A DNA stretch of 32,000 bases from NCBI GenBank assembly GCA_964565945.1, contig CAZMGY010000005.1, forward strand, positions 18,886-50,885, in the 5' to 3' direction. A model generated the notes under the pieces. That model had not been told where the DNA came from. It worked only from the letters and a program-made list of their open reading frames with translations, and ran no database searches. A program made the translations under genes and the position numbers. Positions 1 through 8,419 of the stretch are shown in pieces; position 1 is the first letter of the stretch; each line of letters starts with the position of its first letter. Origin of the DNA: an uncultured bacterium (GTDB lineage: Bacteria; GCA-001730085).

Positions 1-1989
1 TGTGATGGTGTAGCTTTCGAATATTAAAGGAACATGTTCGACAAGAATGTGCGTGGTGGTTTTTATTTGATGGAGAGATTGCGGGGTTGTCTTGGATGAA
101 TTTGGCCACAGAGATGGAAACGAATGTTCAAGGGCTTGGGCATACTGAGAAATTTGGTTGACCACATGTTTATAAATCAAGTGGTCGTGTTCGCGCAGAT
201 CATCAAGGTTGTTGATAGGCTTGATGCTTGGTAGCTTCCACGAAAGAGTAAAGTGATTGTCTTGATTTACTTGTGCGGTAAAGGGACCTTTGGAAGATTT
301 CAGATTAATGGACAGCGTAGCAATATTTTTAAGTGCATGCTTGTGATATAGTTGGGTTGTTTTATCTTCGGAGGGGGGGGTTCCAAAGATATTCCTGAAT
401 AGGTTTCGTTCAGCTTGACTGGAAAAAAAAATGTGGAGAATACCTTCCTGATCGATTTTCCATCCTGTACGAGATCTTTTCTCAAAAGCTTCGAAATTAA
501 TGCTGAAGTTAGGTCCTTCTTGAATAATGTCTGGAAAGAGCATGTCTTCGATGGATCCACGAAGGTTGTGGAGTTGTTCCAGAAACGTTTTCAAGTATAA
601 CAAGGAATTCTCATCGAAGGTGATCTTAAGTGTTCCTGTGTTTTTATCCAAACTGAGTGTGGCTTTAGAGGCTTCCTGTGGGGTAACGTTGCATAAGTGG
701 GTAAAGTTAGTGGCGTCAAAGTTTTGAATAGAAGTTTCTTGGATTGAGGGCAAGTATTTCCATGGTTCTTGTTGAGCTTTATGAAAATTTTCAAAAAAAC
801 TTTTTGTCCAAAGAGGAATATTCCTTTTAAAATCATCTGGGAAAAGATATCCGGCTTGTTTTTGAATGTAATCGACCCATTCCACACGAAAACCTTGGAA
901 TTCTTTCTCTTTTTTTTCAGGTTTTTGGGTGAGAAAGGTGCTAATGTTGGCAGAGCTATAGCTTTTGTCTTGCTTAAAGAAATGGCTCATATTGATGCTG
1001 TGGCTTAAGGCTTCACCTACGTCGACGAGAAATGGTTGATAAATGTCATCTTGATTTTTGTGAAAACGAACGTTCCCCAAAGTAAAAAAATCCCAAGTGC
1101 CTAGCAGTGTCGCAGCCAGGAACATCTTACCGTAAAGCGTACGATTAACTTTCACTTGTGAAGTTGCTGTATCATACTCTTCCTGGATTTGTTCTGTGTC
1201 TAGTGATTGTTCGATATAGGGTGATGCCACATAAAGCTTGCCATTGATTCCACGAATGATTTGCGTGTTGATAACGGGAAAGCCCATTTCTCTAAACAGA
1301 TTCGCCAAGGCTACCTCACGTATGACGGTGTCATAGAGAAAGATTTGCCTTGAAGGAGAACCAGCTTCTTTGATCATCCATGTGCGTTCTTGGGAATCTT
1401 TAAAAATTCCACCCTTCATTCCTCCGCCAGGCTTTCGTGCTATGAATCGGTATTGTTGAGGTAAGCTTAAATCATGGGAATCTTTGCCCAAAATCCACCC
1501 GCCAGCTTGAGTGAGTTTCTTCAAAGGGATGTCAAGCGAAATGTGGTCGTCTTCGTACTCTTGAACTGTTGTTGAGTTGGCGATACTGGCGCTTTCTGTA
1601 TGAGTTGATATGCCCAGTGTTGCTGTGAGAAAGGAAGAGATGTCGGCAGGCCTGTTAAAATGAATTCTTAAGAAATTTTGATCAATTTGTTCGTAATATT
1701 GCATATTTTTAAAGTGATGGTAGTCCTCAATGGTCCTGATAAAGTGATATTCGTCGGAGATATTATAATGTAGCTGTTGCGTAGAAAGGTCAAACCAGAT
1801 GCGTGCTTGATGTTCATTTTCGAGCCTATAAGGATCTGTCGAGCTTTGTTCGATGTGGCGGATGGCTTGGCTTTTGTGCGCCAGTTCCAGTGTCAGTGCT
1901 ATTTCTTTTATCTGTGAGCGGGGCGACAAAGCAGTGGCTTTCGACAAAGATAAACTTAGCAATAGGATTAGGCTAAGATGGCGCCACAT
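1..1989 (-). CDS. Partial CDS: the N-terminal 663 codons, with the 3' end running off the left window edge. Secreted hypothetical protein with a protein-kinase-like motif arrangement.
   Basis: This ORF is absent from the supplied ORF track. I translated it by hand. The ATG is at 1989-1987 (plus-strand 'cat'), preceded by an in-frame stop at 2004-2002 (plus-strand 'cta'). Every plus-strand triplet in phase 1,4,7... from 1 to 1989 lacks tta/cta/tca, giving 663 uninterrupted sense codons. The N-terminus MWRHLSLILLLSLSLSKATA|LSP looks like a Sec signal peptide with an AxA site and no lipobox Cys. Residues ~184-330 read RKPGGGMKGGIFKD..WMIKE..REVALANLF..LYVASPYIE..LLGTWDFFTLGNVRF..FLVDVGEAL. The five short track ORFs at 300-1008 are shadow frames of this gene. 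Confidence refers to the CDS call; the fold assignment is much weaker (~0.35). Confidence 0.8.
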   Translation of the reverse strand, partial: MWRHLSLILLLSLSLSKATALSPRSQIKEIALTLELAHKSQAIRHIEQSSTDPYRLENEHQARIWFDLSTQQLHYNISDEYHFIRTIEDYHHFKNMQYYEQIDQNFLRIHFNRPADISSFLTATLGISTHTESASIANSTTVQEYEDDHISLDIPLKKLTQAGGWILGKDSHDLSLPQQYRFIARKPGGGMKGGIFKDSQERTWMIKEAGSPSRQIFLYDTVIREVALANLFREMGFPVINTQIIRGINGKLYVASPYIEQSLDTEQIQEEYDTATSQVKVNRTLYGKMFLAATLLGTWDFFTLGNVRFHKNQDDIYQPFLVDVGEALSHSINMSHFFKQDKSYSSANISTFLTQKPEKKEKEFQGFRVEWVDYIQKQAGYLFPDDFKRNIPLWTKSFFENFHKAQQEPWKYLPSIQETSIQNFDATNFTHLCNVTPQEASKATLSLDKNTGTLKITFDENSLLYLKTFLEQLHNLRGSIEDMLFPDIIQEGPNFSINFEAFEKRSRTGWKIDQEGILHIFFSSQAERNLFRNIFGTPPSEDKTTQLYHKHALKNIATLSINLKSSKGPFTAQVNQDNHFTLSWKLPSIKPINNLDDLREHDHLIYKHVVNQISQYAQALEHSFPSLWPNSSKTTPQSLHQIKTTTHILVEHVPLIFESYTIT

Positions 1990-2037
1990 GTGGAAATATA
2001 CCTAATTAAATTAATATAAAATATTATTATCATATAC

Positions 2038-2066
2038 ATATAACAAATTTATAGAAATCTTGTCAA
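2038..2066 (-). promoter_or_regulatory. Candidate sigma70-type promoter for the minus-strand secreted-protein gene
   Basis: Read on the minus strand: TTGACA (2066-2061), a 17-nt spacer, then TTATAT (2043-2038). It lies in a very AT-rich divergent intergenic region about 50 nt upstream of the ATG at 1989. Confidence 0.35.
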
Positions 2067-2169
2067 ATTAAGTATCACAATGCCTTTTTGTGGTTCCCTG
2101 AAGGCTTGTTAAAAAGGAAGAGTAGGGGTCCTAGGGTTCTGATAGAAGAGGGTGATTAGGTATGTAAAG

Positions 2170-2190
2170 CGATTATTTGAAAAATAATCG
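2170..2190. promoter_or_regulatory. Perfect 9-bp-arm palindrome (cgattattt-gaa-aaataatcg); candidate operator or hairpin
   Basis: The arms at 2170-2178 and 2182-2190 are exact reverse complements separated by a 3-nt centre. The element overlaps the -35 hexamer of the predicted aroF promoter. Confidence 0.4.
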
Positions 2191-2206
2191 GCTAGTTTGT
2201 TATACT
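2177..2206 (+). promoter_or_regulatory. Candidate extended -10 sigma70 promoter upstream of the DAHP synthase gene
   Basis: TTGAAA (2177-2182), an 18-nt spacer ending in TGt, then TATACT (2201-2206), i.e. a TGnTATACT extended -10. It sits about 43 nt upstream of the ATG at 2249. Confidence 0.4.
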
Positions 2207-2248
2207 GTTATCGGTAAAAATGCAATAATAAAAAAGGATATTTAATTC

Positions 2249-3259
2249 ATGATTATTATATTCAAAACAAGTGCCACGGAAGAGCAAATTTCCCATGTGG
2301 TCGAAAAAATTGAAGAGCTTAAGTTGACCCCTATGGTGGCTCGTGGAACCCTCAAAACCGTGATCAATGTTTTGGGTGAGGAAGAAGTGATTCGCGAAGC
2401 TCCTTTGCAGACATTTCCTGGGGTAGAAATTGTAATGCCTGTGATGAAAAAATATAAATTGATTTCACGCGAAGGGCACGAAAATAACACTGTTGTTCAG
2501 CTCGGTGAAGGTGTTCATATTGGTGATGGGAAGTTAGCCGTTATTGCAGGCCCTTGTTCGGTTGAAAGTCGAGAGCAATTGGTTGGTATTGCCGAAAAGG
2601 TAATTGCAATGGGTGCAATTGCGGTGAGAGGCGGAGCCTTTAAACCACGAACTTCACCTTATTCGTTCCAGGGTTTAGGAGAAGAAGGTCTTAAATATTT
2701 GCAAGAAGTTCGGGAACAGTTCGATGTGCCTGTGGTAACCGAAGTGATGGACACTCGGGATGTTGAGCTTGTTACTAAGTACGCCGATGCGTTACAAGTG
2801 GGTGCACGCAATATGCAAAACTTTAGCCTGCTTAAAGAGCTAGGCATTTGCGGGAAACCGATCGTGCTAAAGCGCGGAATGGCGGCTACCATCGAAGATT
2901 TATTGCAGTCGGCCGAATACATTGCGGCATCGGGCAACTTGAATATTATTTTGTGCGAGCGAGGCATTCGGACTTTCGAAACATCGATCCGCAATTCGCT
3001 GGATGTGAGTTCGATTCCTGTCCTCAAAACGTTGACACATTTGCCAGTGATTGTAGACCCTAGTCATGTCGCAGGTATTTGGGAGTATGTGTCCCCGTTG
3101 GCCTTGGCTGGTGTGGCTGCTGGTGCGGATGGAGTGATTGTTGAGGTGCATGAAAATCCCGAGGAAGCTCTTTCCGATGGACCTCAAGCCCTTTTGCCTC
3201 GAACATTCGAGACTTTGTTCGCGCGTATGCAAGCCGTGGCTCAAGCCATTCGACTTTAA
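2249..3259 (+). CDS. aroF: 3-deoxy-7-phosphoheptulonate (DAHP) synthase, class I-beta, Thermotoga type, with an N-terminal ferredoxin-like regulatory domain
   Basis: 336 aa, colinear over its full length with the Thermotoga maritima-type enzyme as I recall it. The N-terminal domain is MIIIFKTSATEEQI... The catalytic barrel motifs are IAGPCSVES, KPRTSPYSFQGLG, GARNMQNF, LKRG, CERGIRTFE, VDPSH and VEVH..P..ALSDG. AAGGA lies upstream of the ATG. Confidence 0.95.
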   Translation: MIIIFKTSATEEQISHVVEKIEELKLTPMVARGTLKTVINVLGEEEVIREAPLQTFPGVEIVMPVMKKYKLISREGHENNTVVQLGEGVHIGDGKLAVIAGPCSVESREQLVGIAEKVIAMGAIAVRGGAFKPRTSPYSFQGLGEEGLKYLQEVREQFDVPVVTEVMDTRDVELVTKYADALQVGARNMQNFSLLKELGICGKPIVLKRGMAATIEDLLQSAEYIAASGNLNIILCERGIRTFETSIRNSLDVSSIPVLKTLTHLPVIVDPSHVAGIWEYVSPLALAGVAAGADGVIVEVHENPEEALSDGPQALLPRTFETLFARMQAVAQAIRL

Positions 3260-3337
3260 GCAACTGATCTGGATTCCCTTAGGCAGGTTTGGTGTCATAT
3301 TGTTACGGTTCTAGGTCTTTTTTAAGGTGGAACAGAA

Positions 3338-4090
3338 ATGATTACTTTTAAAAATTTAAATAAAGCTTTCGGATCCAAAGTGGTTTATCGCGATTTGAAT
3401 ATTAGCATTCAGGCGCAAACATTTCAGGCGATTATTGGACGCAGTGGTTGTGGAAAAAGTGTTTTGCTCAAGCACATATTGGGTATGTTGCAGCCCGATG
3501 CTGGTGAAGTTTGGGTCAATCAACTTTGCGTCAATCAGGCTTCTGAGTTAGAGCTAAATCATATGAGACAAGATTGCTCCATGGTGTTTCAGGGAGGCGC
3601 TTTGTTTGATTCGTTGACGGTCTGGGAAAATGTCAGTTTTGGTTTGCACCAACAAGGTGGCTATACGCGTCAAAAATGTCGTGATGTGGCGCAGGAAAAA
3701 TTGTCGTGGGTTGGTCTAGAGTCAACCATGGATCAGTATCCATCTGAGTTAAGTGGTGGGATGTGTAAACGTGTGGCCATTGCACGGGCGATTGCGATTG
3801 ATCCCCAAATTATTCTCTACGATGAGCCTACCGCGGGACTTGATCCCATTACGTCGGATGTGATCAATTGCCTTATGCGCGATTTGCATGAACGGATAGG
3901 AGCCACGTCAATTGTAGTTACGCACGATTTAGCAAGTGCTTATCACGTTTGTGATGAAATGGCCATGATGTATAATGGGAGCTTTATTGTACACGATAAA
4001 GTAGAGGCGGTTAGGCATTCCGATAATCCTTATGTGAAACAGTTTTTGGAAGGTTCCTCGACTGGCCCCATAGGAGTCGAGGTAACATGA
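3338..4090 (+). CDS. mlaF: ABC transporter ATP-binding protein, MlaF/Ttg2A-like
   Basis: 250 aa. Walker A is GRSGCGKS, the ABC signature is LSGGMCKR, Walker B is ILYDEPTAGLDP and the H-loop is VTHD. The C-terminal SDNPYVKQFLEG is typical of MlaF-type ATPases. The SD AAGGTGG is 7 nt upstream, and there is an ATGA overlap with the downstream MCE gene. Confidence 0.88.
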   Translation: MITFKNLNKAFGSKVVYRDLNISIQAQTFQAIIGRSGCGKSVLLKHILGMLQPDAGEVWVNQLCVNQASELELNHMRQDCSMVFQGGALFDSLTVWENVSFGLHQQGGYTRQKCRDVAQEKLSWVGLESTMDQYPSELSGGMCKRVAIARAIAIDPQIILYDEPTAGLDPITSDVINCLMRDLHERIGATSIVVTHDLASAYHVCDEMAMMYNGSFIVHDKVEAVRHSDNPYVKQFLEGSSTGPIGVEVT

Positions 4091-4986
4091 ATCAATCTCA
4101 CTTAGAACTTAAAGTAGGCACTTTTGTAGCGATGGCCTTGGTGATTTTAGTGGCAGGTATTTTGTTTTTTGGCAATCAAAGTTTATTTTCGGAAGGATAC
4201 AAAGTTAAGGTTCACTTTCGTTTTACCAACAGTGTGATGGAAGGGGCACCTGTTCGCTATTCTGGTGTGAATGTGGGTAAGGTTAAAAACATTGAAATTT
4301 TGAATGATCAGGGTGTAATTGAGCTCACGTTGTTGATTGACCAAGGGGTTGTTTTGCGAGAAAACATTGAGGTTTATATTAATACCTTAGGTGTGATGGG
4401 AGAAAAGTACATTGAATTGATTGGAGGCTCTACTGATTTTGCGATTGTGACAGAAGGTAGTGTGCCTCTCCAAGGTAAAGAGCCAATAGCCATGAACAAT
4501 ATCATCGAAATGGCTCGAGATATTACCAGTGAGCTCAGTGGCGTGATCAAAAGTTTGAATGCTGTTTTGGGAGAGCCAAAAATGCAAGAAGATTTTAAAA
4601 CTACCATTGCCCAAGTCCGTATGGTAACGCAAGATTTAAGTCAGTTAACCAAAACAGTTAATGAGATGATTGGAAAAAATAAACCTAACATTGAGCAAAC
4701 GATTACGAATGTTTGCGACGCCTCTCAAGGAATCAATAAAAACATGGCTATTCTGGAAGAGTTGTTTGTCAAAATTAAAAAAGGTGAAGGGGTTATAGGG
4801 CAGTTGTTGACCGATAAAGATTTGTATAAAGATATGGAAATGTTGATGGCCGATATTCGAGAACATCCATGGAAGCTATTGATTAAGACTCGAGAGAAAA
4901 AAGTAAAAAAAACAAAAGTTTCTAAAAGGGATACGTTATCGAAGACCTCTGTTCAAAAAAGTATTGTCTCAGCCAGGCGTGGGTGA
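4087..4986 (+). CDS. mlaD: MCE/MlaD-family substrate-binding protein (outer-membrane lipid asymmetry type)
   Basis: 299 aa. It has one N-terminal TM helix (VGTFVAMALVILVAGILFF), an MCE core (YKVKVHFRFTNSVMEGAPVRYSGVNVGKV...), a long helical region and a Lys-rich tail. It is translationally coupled to mlaF. Confidence 0.85.
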   Translation: MNQSHLELKVGTFVAMALVILVAGILFFGNQSLFSEGYKVKVHFRFTNSVMEGAPVRYSGVNVGKVKNIEILNDQGVIELTLLIDQGVVLRENIEVYINTLGVMGEKYIELIGGSTDFAIVTEGSVPLQGKEPIAMNNIIEMARDITSELSGVIKSLNAVLGEPKMQEDFKTTIAQVRMVTQDLSQLTKTVNEMIGKNKPNIEQTITNVCDASQGINKNMAILEELFVKIKKGEGVIGQLLTDKDLYKDMEMLMADIREHPWKLLIKTREKKVKKTKVSKRDTLSKTSVQKSIVSARRG

Positions 4987-4992
4987 GCTTTC

Positions 4993-6351
4993 ATGAAAAC
5001 AAAAGTTAAGCAAGTCTATGTCTGTCAAGAATGTGGGGCTATTTCACCCAAATGGTCTGGCCGTTGCGCGGAATGTTCCGCTTGGAATAGTTTGGTCGAA
5101 GAAAAACGACTTCCTCAGTCCAAAAATAAATCTTACGATGCGGTTGATCCGATTCATTTGACCGAATTGCATTCGGAGCAATATTCTCGCGTGTCGAGTG
5201 GATTTTCTGAACTTAACCGATTGCTGGGTGGTGGGATTGTGGCAGGATCGTTTGTATTGATAGGAGGAGAACCGGGCATTGGGAAGTCCACATTATTGCT
5301 TCAAGTAAGTCATGCTTTAGCCAGTCAGCAGAGCAAGGTCCTTTATGTGAGCGGTGAAGAGTCGGTGCATCAAATTAAAGATCGCGCAATTCGTTTGGGG
5401 GCATCTGTCGATAATCTCTACGTTTTGTCGGAAGTTAATCTCGATGTGATTGTGGCCTCGATTAAACAAATGAAACCAGACTTTGTGATTATAGACTCCA
5501 TTCAAATCATGTATCGTGATGATGTGGGGTCTTCACCAGGTAGTGTGAGCCAAGTTCGAGAATGCTCCAACACACTCTTGCATGTGGCTAAGAATATGAA
5601 TATTCCTATTTTTGTGGTTGGCCATGTGAATAAAGAGGGAAGTTTAGCTGGTCCCAAAGTGTTGGAACATATTGTTGATACTGTTCTTTATTTTGAAGGT
5701 GATCGACATCATGCGTATCGGATTGTGCGTGCAGTGAAAAACCGCTTTGGATCGACCAATGAAATGGCTGTTTTCGAAATGTGCGAAGAAGGTTTGGTTG
5801 AAGTATCTAATCCGTCGGAGCTTTTTTTAAGTGACGAGCAAGAAAAAATTCCCGGATCAGTGGTGGTGCCTTGCATGGAAGGTTCACGGCCTTTGCTGGT
5901 TGAGATTCAGGCTTTGTTGAGTGACTCGCATCAGTTTGGCCATCCGCGCAGAGTGTCGACTTTTATTGATCATAACCGTGTGGCTTTGTTGATTGCCATT
6001 TTTGAAAAACGTTTGGGCGCTTCATTGGTTCAGCAAGATGTCTTCATTAACTTGGTGGGAGGTATTAAAATGAATGAGCCTGCCGCGGATTTGGGTGTGA
6101 TTGTGGCTATGATGTCGAGCTTGCGTAACCGTTGTGTTGTTTCGGGCTTAGTTCTTATTGGTGAAGTAGGACTTGGCGGAGAGATTCGTAATGTGGCTCA
6201 GTGTGAGCGACGGATTGTCGAAGCGGAACGTCTGGGGTTTCGCAAGTGCCTTGTGCCAGCTAAATCGGCCGACATTTATAAAGGAGGCTCGATAGAAATT
6301 GTGGGGGTGAAACATATTGAAGAAGCTATTGAGGAGGCTTTGGAGGCATGA
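4993..6351 (+). CDS. radA: DNA repair protein RadA/Sms
   Basis: 452 aa. It has an N-terminal zinc ribbon (CQECGAISPKWSGRCAECSAWNS), Walker A (GGEPGIGKST), the RadA-specific KNRFG motif and a Lon-protease-like C-terminal domain. Confidence 0.95.
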   Translation: MKTKVKQVYVCQECGAISPKWSGRCAECSAWNSLVEEKRLPQSKNKSYDAVDPIHLTELHSEQYSRVSSGFSELNRLLGGGIVAGSFVLIGGEPGIGKSTLLLQVSHALASQQSKVLYVSGEESVHQIKDRAIRLGASVDNLYVLSEVNLDVIVASIKQMKPDFVIIDSIQIMYRDDVGSSPGSVSQVRECSNTLLHVAKNMNIPIFVVGHVNKEGSLAGPKVLEHIVDTVLYFEGDRHHAYRIVRAVKNRFGSTNEMAVFEMCEEGLVEVSNPSELFLSDEQEKIPGSVVVPCMEGSRPLLVEIQALLSDSHQFGHPRRVSTFIDHNRVALLIAIFEKRLGASLVQQDVFINLVGGIKMNEPAADLGVIVAMMSSLRNRCVVSGLVLIGEVGLGGEIRNVAQCERRIVEAERLGFRKCLVPAKSADIYKGGSIEIVGVKHIEEAIEEALEA

Positions 6352-6824
6352 GAGTTGGTTTAGGTTTTGATATTCATCGTACCGATCCTGATCGGGTTCT
6401 TATCTTAGGGGGCGTTCAGGTGGAAGCCCCTTTTGGATTAGCTGGGTATTCAGATGCCGATGTTGTAACGCATGCCGTCATTGATGCTTTGTTGGGAGCG
6501 ATGGGAATGGGCGATATTGGTGATCGTTTTCCAAATACCGATATGTGTCATAAGGATCGTTCGAGTCTGAACATGCTTGATGAAGTGATGGAAACGTTGC
6601 AAAAGCAAGGATATGTAGTGGTGAATGTGGATTGTAATATTATTGCTCAAAAGCCCAAATTAGCTACGTATAAGCCACTTATTGAGGCTTCTTTAGCTAA
6701 AGTTTTAAAGATCAATGAAAAATCTATTAACGTGAAAGCCAAAACACATGAGACAATAGGACCCTTGGGTGCGTGTGAAGCGATTGAAGCCCAAGCAATT
6801 GCTTTGATTCAGAAGGAGATGTAG
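6348..6824 (+). CDS. ispF: 2-C-methyl-D-erythritol 2,4-cyclodiphosphate synthase
   Basis: 158 aa. Motifs are GFDIHR (Zn ligands D8/H10), SDADVVTHA (H42) and GDIGDRFPNTD. There is an ATGA overlap with radA. Residue 34 is Tyr where His is usual (see findings). Confidence 0.93.
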   Translation: MRVGLGFDIHRTDPDRVLILGGVQVEAPFGLAGYSDADVVTHAVIDALLGAMGMGDIGDRFPNTDMCHKDRSSLNMLDEVMETLQKQGYVVVNVDCNIIAQKPKLATYKPLIEASLAKVLKINEKSINVKAKTHETIGPLGACEAIEAQAIALIQKEM

Positions 6825-6826
6825 CA

Positions 6827-8284
6827 ATGACAGACGTTAGGGTTCGTTTTGCCCCCAGTCCCACAGGTTTTATGCATATGGGAAATGCACGAACCGCCTT
6901 ATTCAATTGGTTGTTTGCTCGTAAAAACAATGGAAAATTTATCTTACGTATCGAGGATACTGATTTAGAGCGTTCGACGGATGAATCCACCGAAATGATT
7001 ATTAGAGATTTAACCTGGCTGAACCTTAAATGGGATGAAGGTTTCGACAAAGGAGGGGAATATGGTCCTTATCGCCAGACTGATCGTGCTCATATTTATC
7101 AAAAACATTTAGAGCGTTTGAAAAATAAAGGAGTTATCTACCCGTGTTATTGCACTCTGGATGAATTGGATCAGATGCGTCAAGAGCAATTGGCGCAGGG
7201 CAAAATGCCTCGCTACGATAATCGTCATCGCGATTTGAGTGATTCACAGAAAATTTTTTTTGAAGATGAAGGACGTAGTTTTGTATGGCGCTTTGTTGTG
7301 CCAGATGAGCCGATTGTGGTTCACGACATGATACGTGGAGATATTACCTTCGACCCTAAAACGATCGGTGATATGGTGTTAACCAAGTCCACAGGGGATG
7401 TGACATTTAACTTCGCTGTATCTGTGGATGATGCGTGTATGAAAATTTCTCATGTGATACGCGGTGAAGATCACCTGACTAATACGGCGCGTCATGTGCT
7501 CTTATTTGATGCCTTGGGCTATGAACGGCCCAATTTTGCCCATATGCCGATGATTTTGGGGGAAGATGGGCTCAAGTTGAGCAAACGTAATGGACTTATT
7601 TCTTTGGATGATTACCGTCGGCAAGGGTTTTTGCCCGAGGCGATGGTGAACTATATGTCGTTTTTAGGATGGTCGCCTTATAAAGATCAGGATACCGAAA
7701 TTTTTTCTTTGGGAGAATTGGTTGATTGTTTCGATCTTAAAAATATCACTAAATCGCCAGCGACATTTAACCTAACTAAACTTAAATGGGTGAATTCGTA
7801 CTATCTAAGACATTTGGATTTAGTCCGTTTAGCCACCATGAGTTTGCCTGTTCTTCGAGAGGCGCGGCTGGTGGAAGAAGATATGAGTGAAGAGGCGTTT
7901 GCTTATGTGAAAGAAGTGGTCGATGCGGTTAAGGGAAATTTGGACTGTTTGGATGATTTGCCCCGTCTTTCGCACATTTATTTTAAAGATGATTTGACCT
8001 TCGACGAAGACAATGTGGCCACTGTTTTGCAAAAGCGTTCAAGCAAAGATGTATTGCTTCATTTTCGTGAAAATATTCAGGGGCAAAGTGATCTATCCGA
8101 TGAAGTGATAAAGCAAGCACTCAAGGCCGTTCAGAAAGAGACGGGAGTTAAAGGTAAAGACCTTTATTTACCGATTCGTCTTGCCTTAAGTGCTCAAAAT
8201 GATGGTGTAGAGTTGTACAAAATGATTCGATTATTGGGTTTAGATCGTTGCTTAGAGCGTCTAAATCGAGCCATTTTGGTGTGA
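6827..8284 (+). CDS. gltX: Glutamate--tRNA ligase
   Basis: 485 aa. It has a class I HIGH-type motif (PSPTGFMHMGNART), a KMSKS-type motif (LKLSKRNG) and the typical GluRS N-terminus VRVRFAPSPTG. The SD AAGGAG is upstream. Confidence 0.95.
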   Translation: MTDVRVRFAPSPTGFMHMGNARTALFNWLFARKNNGKFILRIEDTDLERSTDESTEMIIRDLTWLNLKWDEGFDKGGEYGPYRQTDRAHIYQKHLERLKNKGVIYPCYCTLDELDQMRQEQLAQGKMPRYDNRHRDLSDSQKIFFEDEGRSFVWRFVVPDEPIVVHDMIRGDITFDPKTIGDMVLTKSTGDVTFNFAVSVDDACMKISHVIRGEDHLTNTARHVLLFDALGYERPNFAHMPMILGEDGLKLSKRNGLISLDDYRRQGFLPEAMVNYMSFLGWSPYKDQDTEIFSLGELVDCFDLKNITKSPATFNLTKLKWVNSYYLRHLDLVRLATMSLPVLREARLVEEDMSEEAFAYVKEVVDAVKGNLDCLDDLPRLSHIYFKDDLTFDEDNVATVLQKRSSKDVLLHFRENIQGQSDLSDEVIKQALKAVQKETGVKGKDLYLPIRLALSAQNDGVELYKMIRLLGLDRCLERLNRAILV

Positions 8285-8337
8285 TATTGGAACATATTGG
8301 AGAAATAAGAGCGGATTTTTTAAAAATCTTTGCTTAT

Positions 8338-8367
8338 TTGACAGTGTTTTCTTCAATATGCTATGCT
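8338..8367 (+). promoter_or_regulatory. Candidate sigma70 promoter for the PilZ/YkgJ gene pair
   Basis: TTGACA (8338-8343), an 18-nt spacer, then TATGCT (8362-8367). It lies in the gltX-pilZ intergenic region about 55 nt upstream of the first ATG. Confidence 0.4.
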
Positions 8368-8419
8368 TCCAACGCAGTATAGGCGTGTCTAAGCGAGGCC
8401 CTTTCGGGTAACAATAAGG

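Noticed and set aside
300-1008. Five short ORFs from the track: 300-560(-), 415-600(+), 527-727(+), 591-887(-) and 769-1008(+)
   Set aside because: All lie inside, and out of frame with, the 663-codon minus-strand ORF at 1-1989. Their sequences are low-complexity and they overlap each other. I treat them as shadow frames, not genes.
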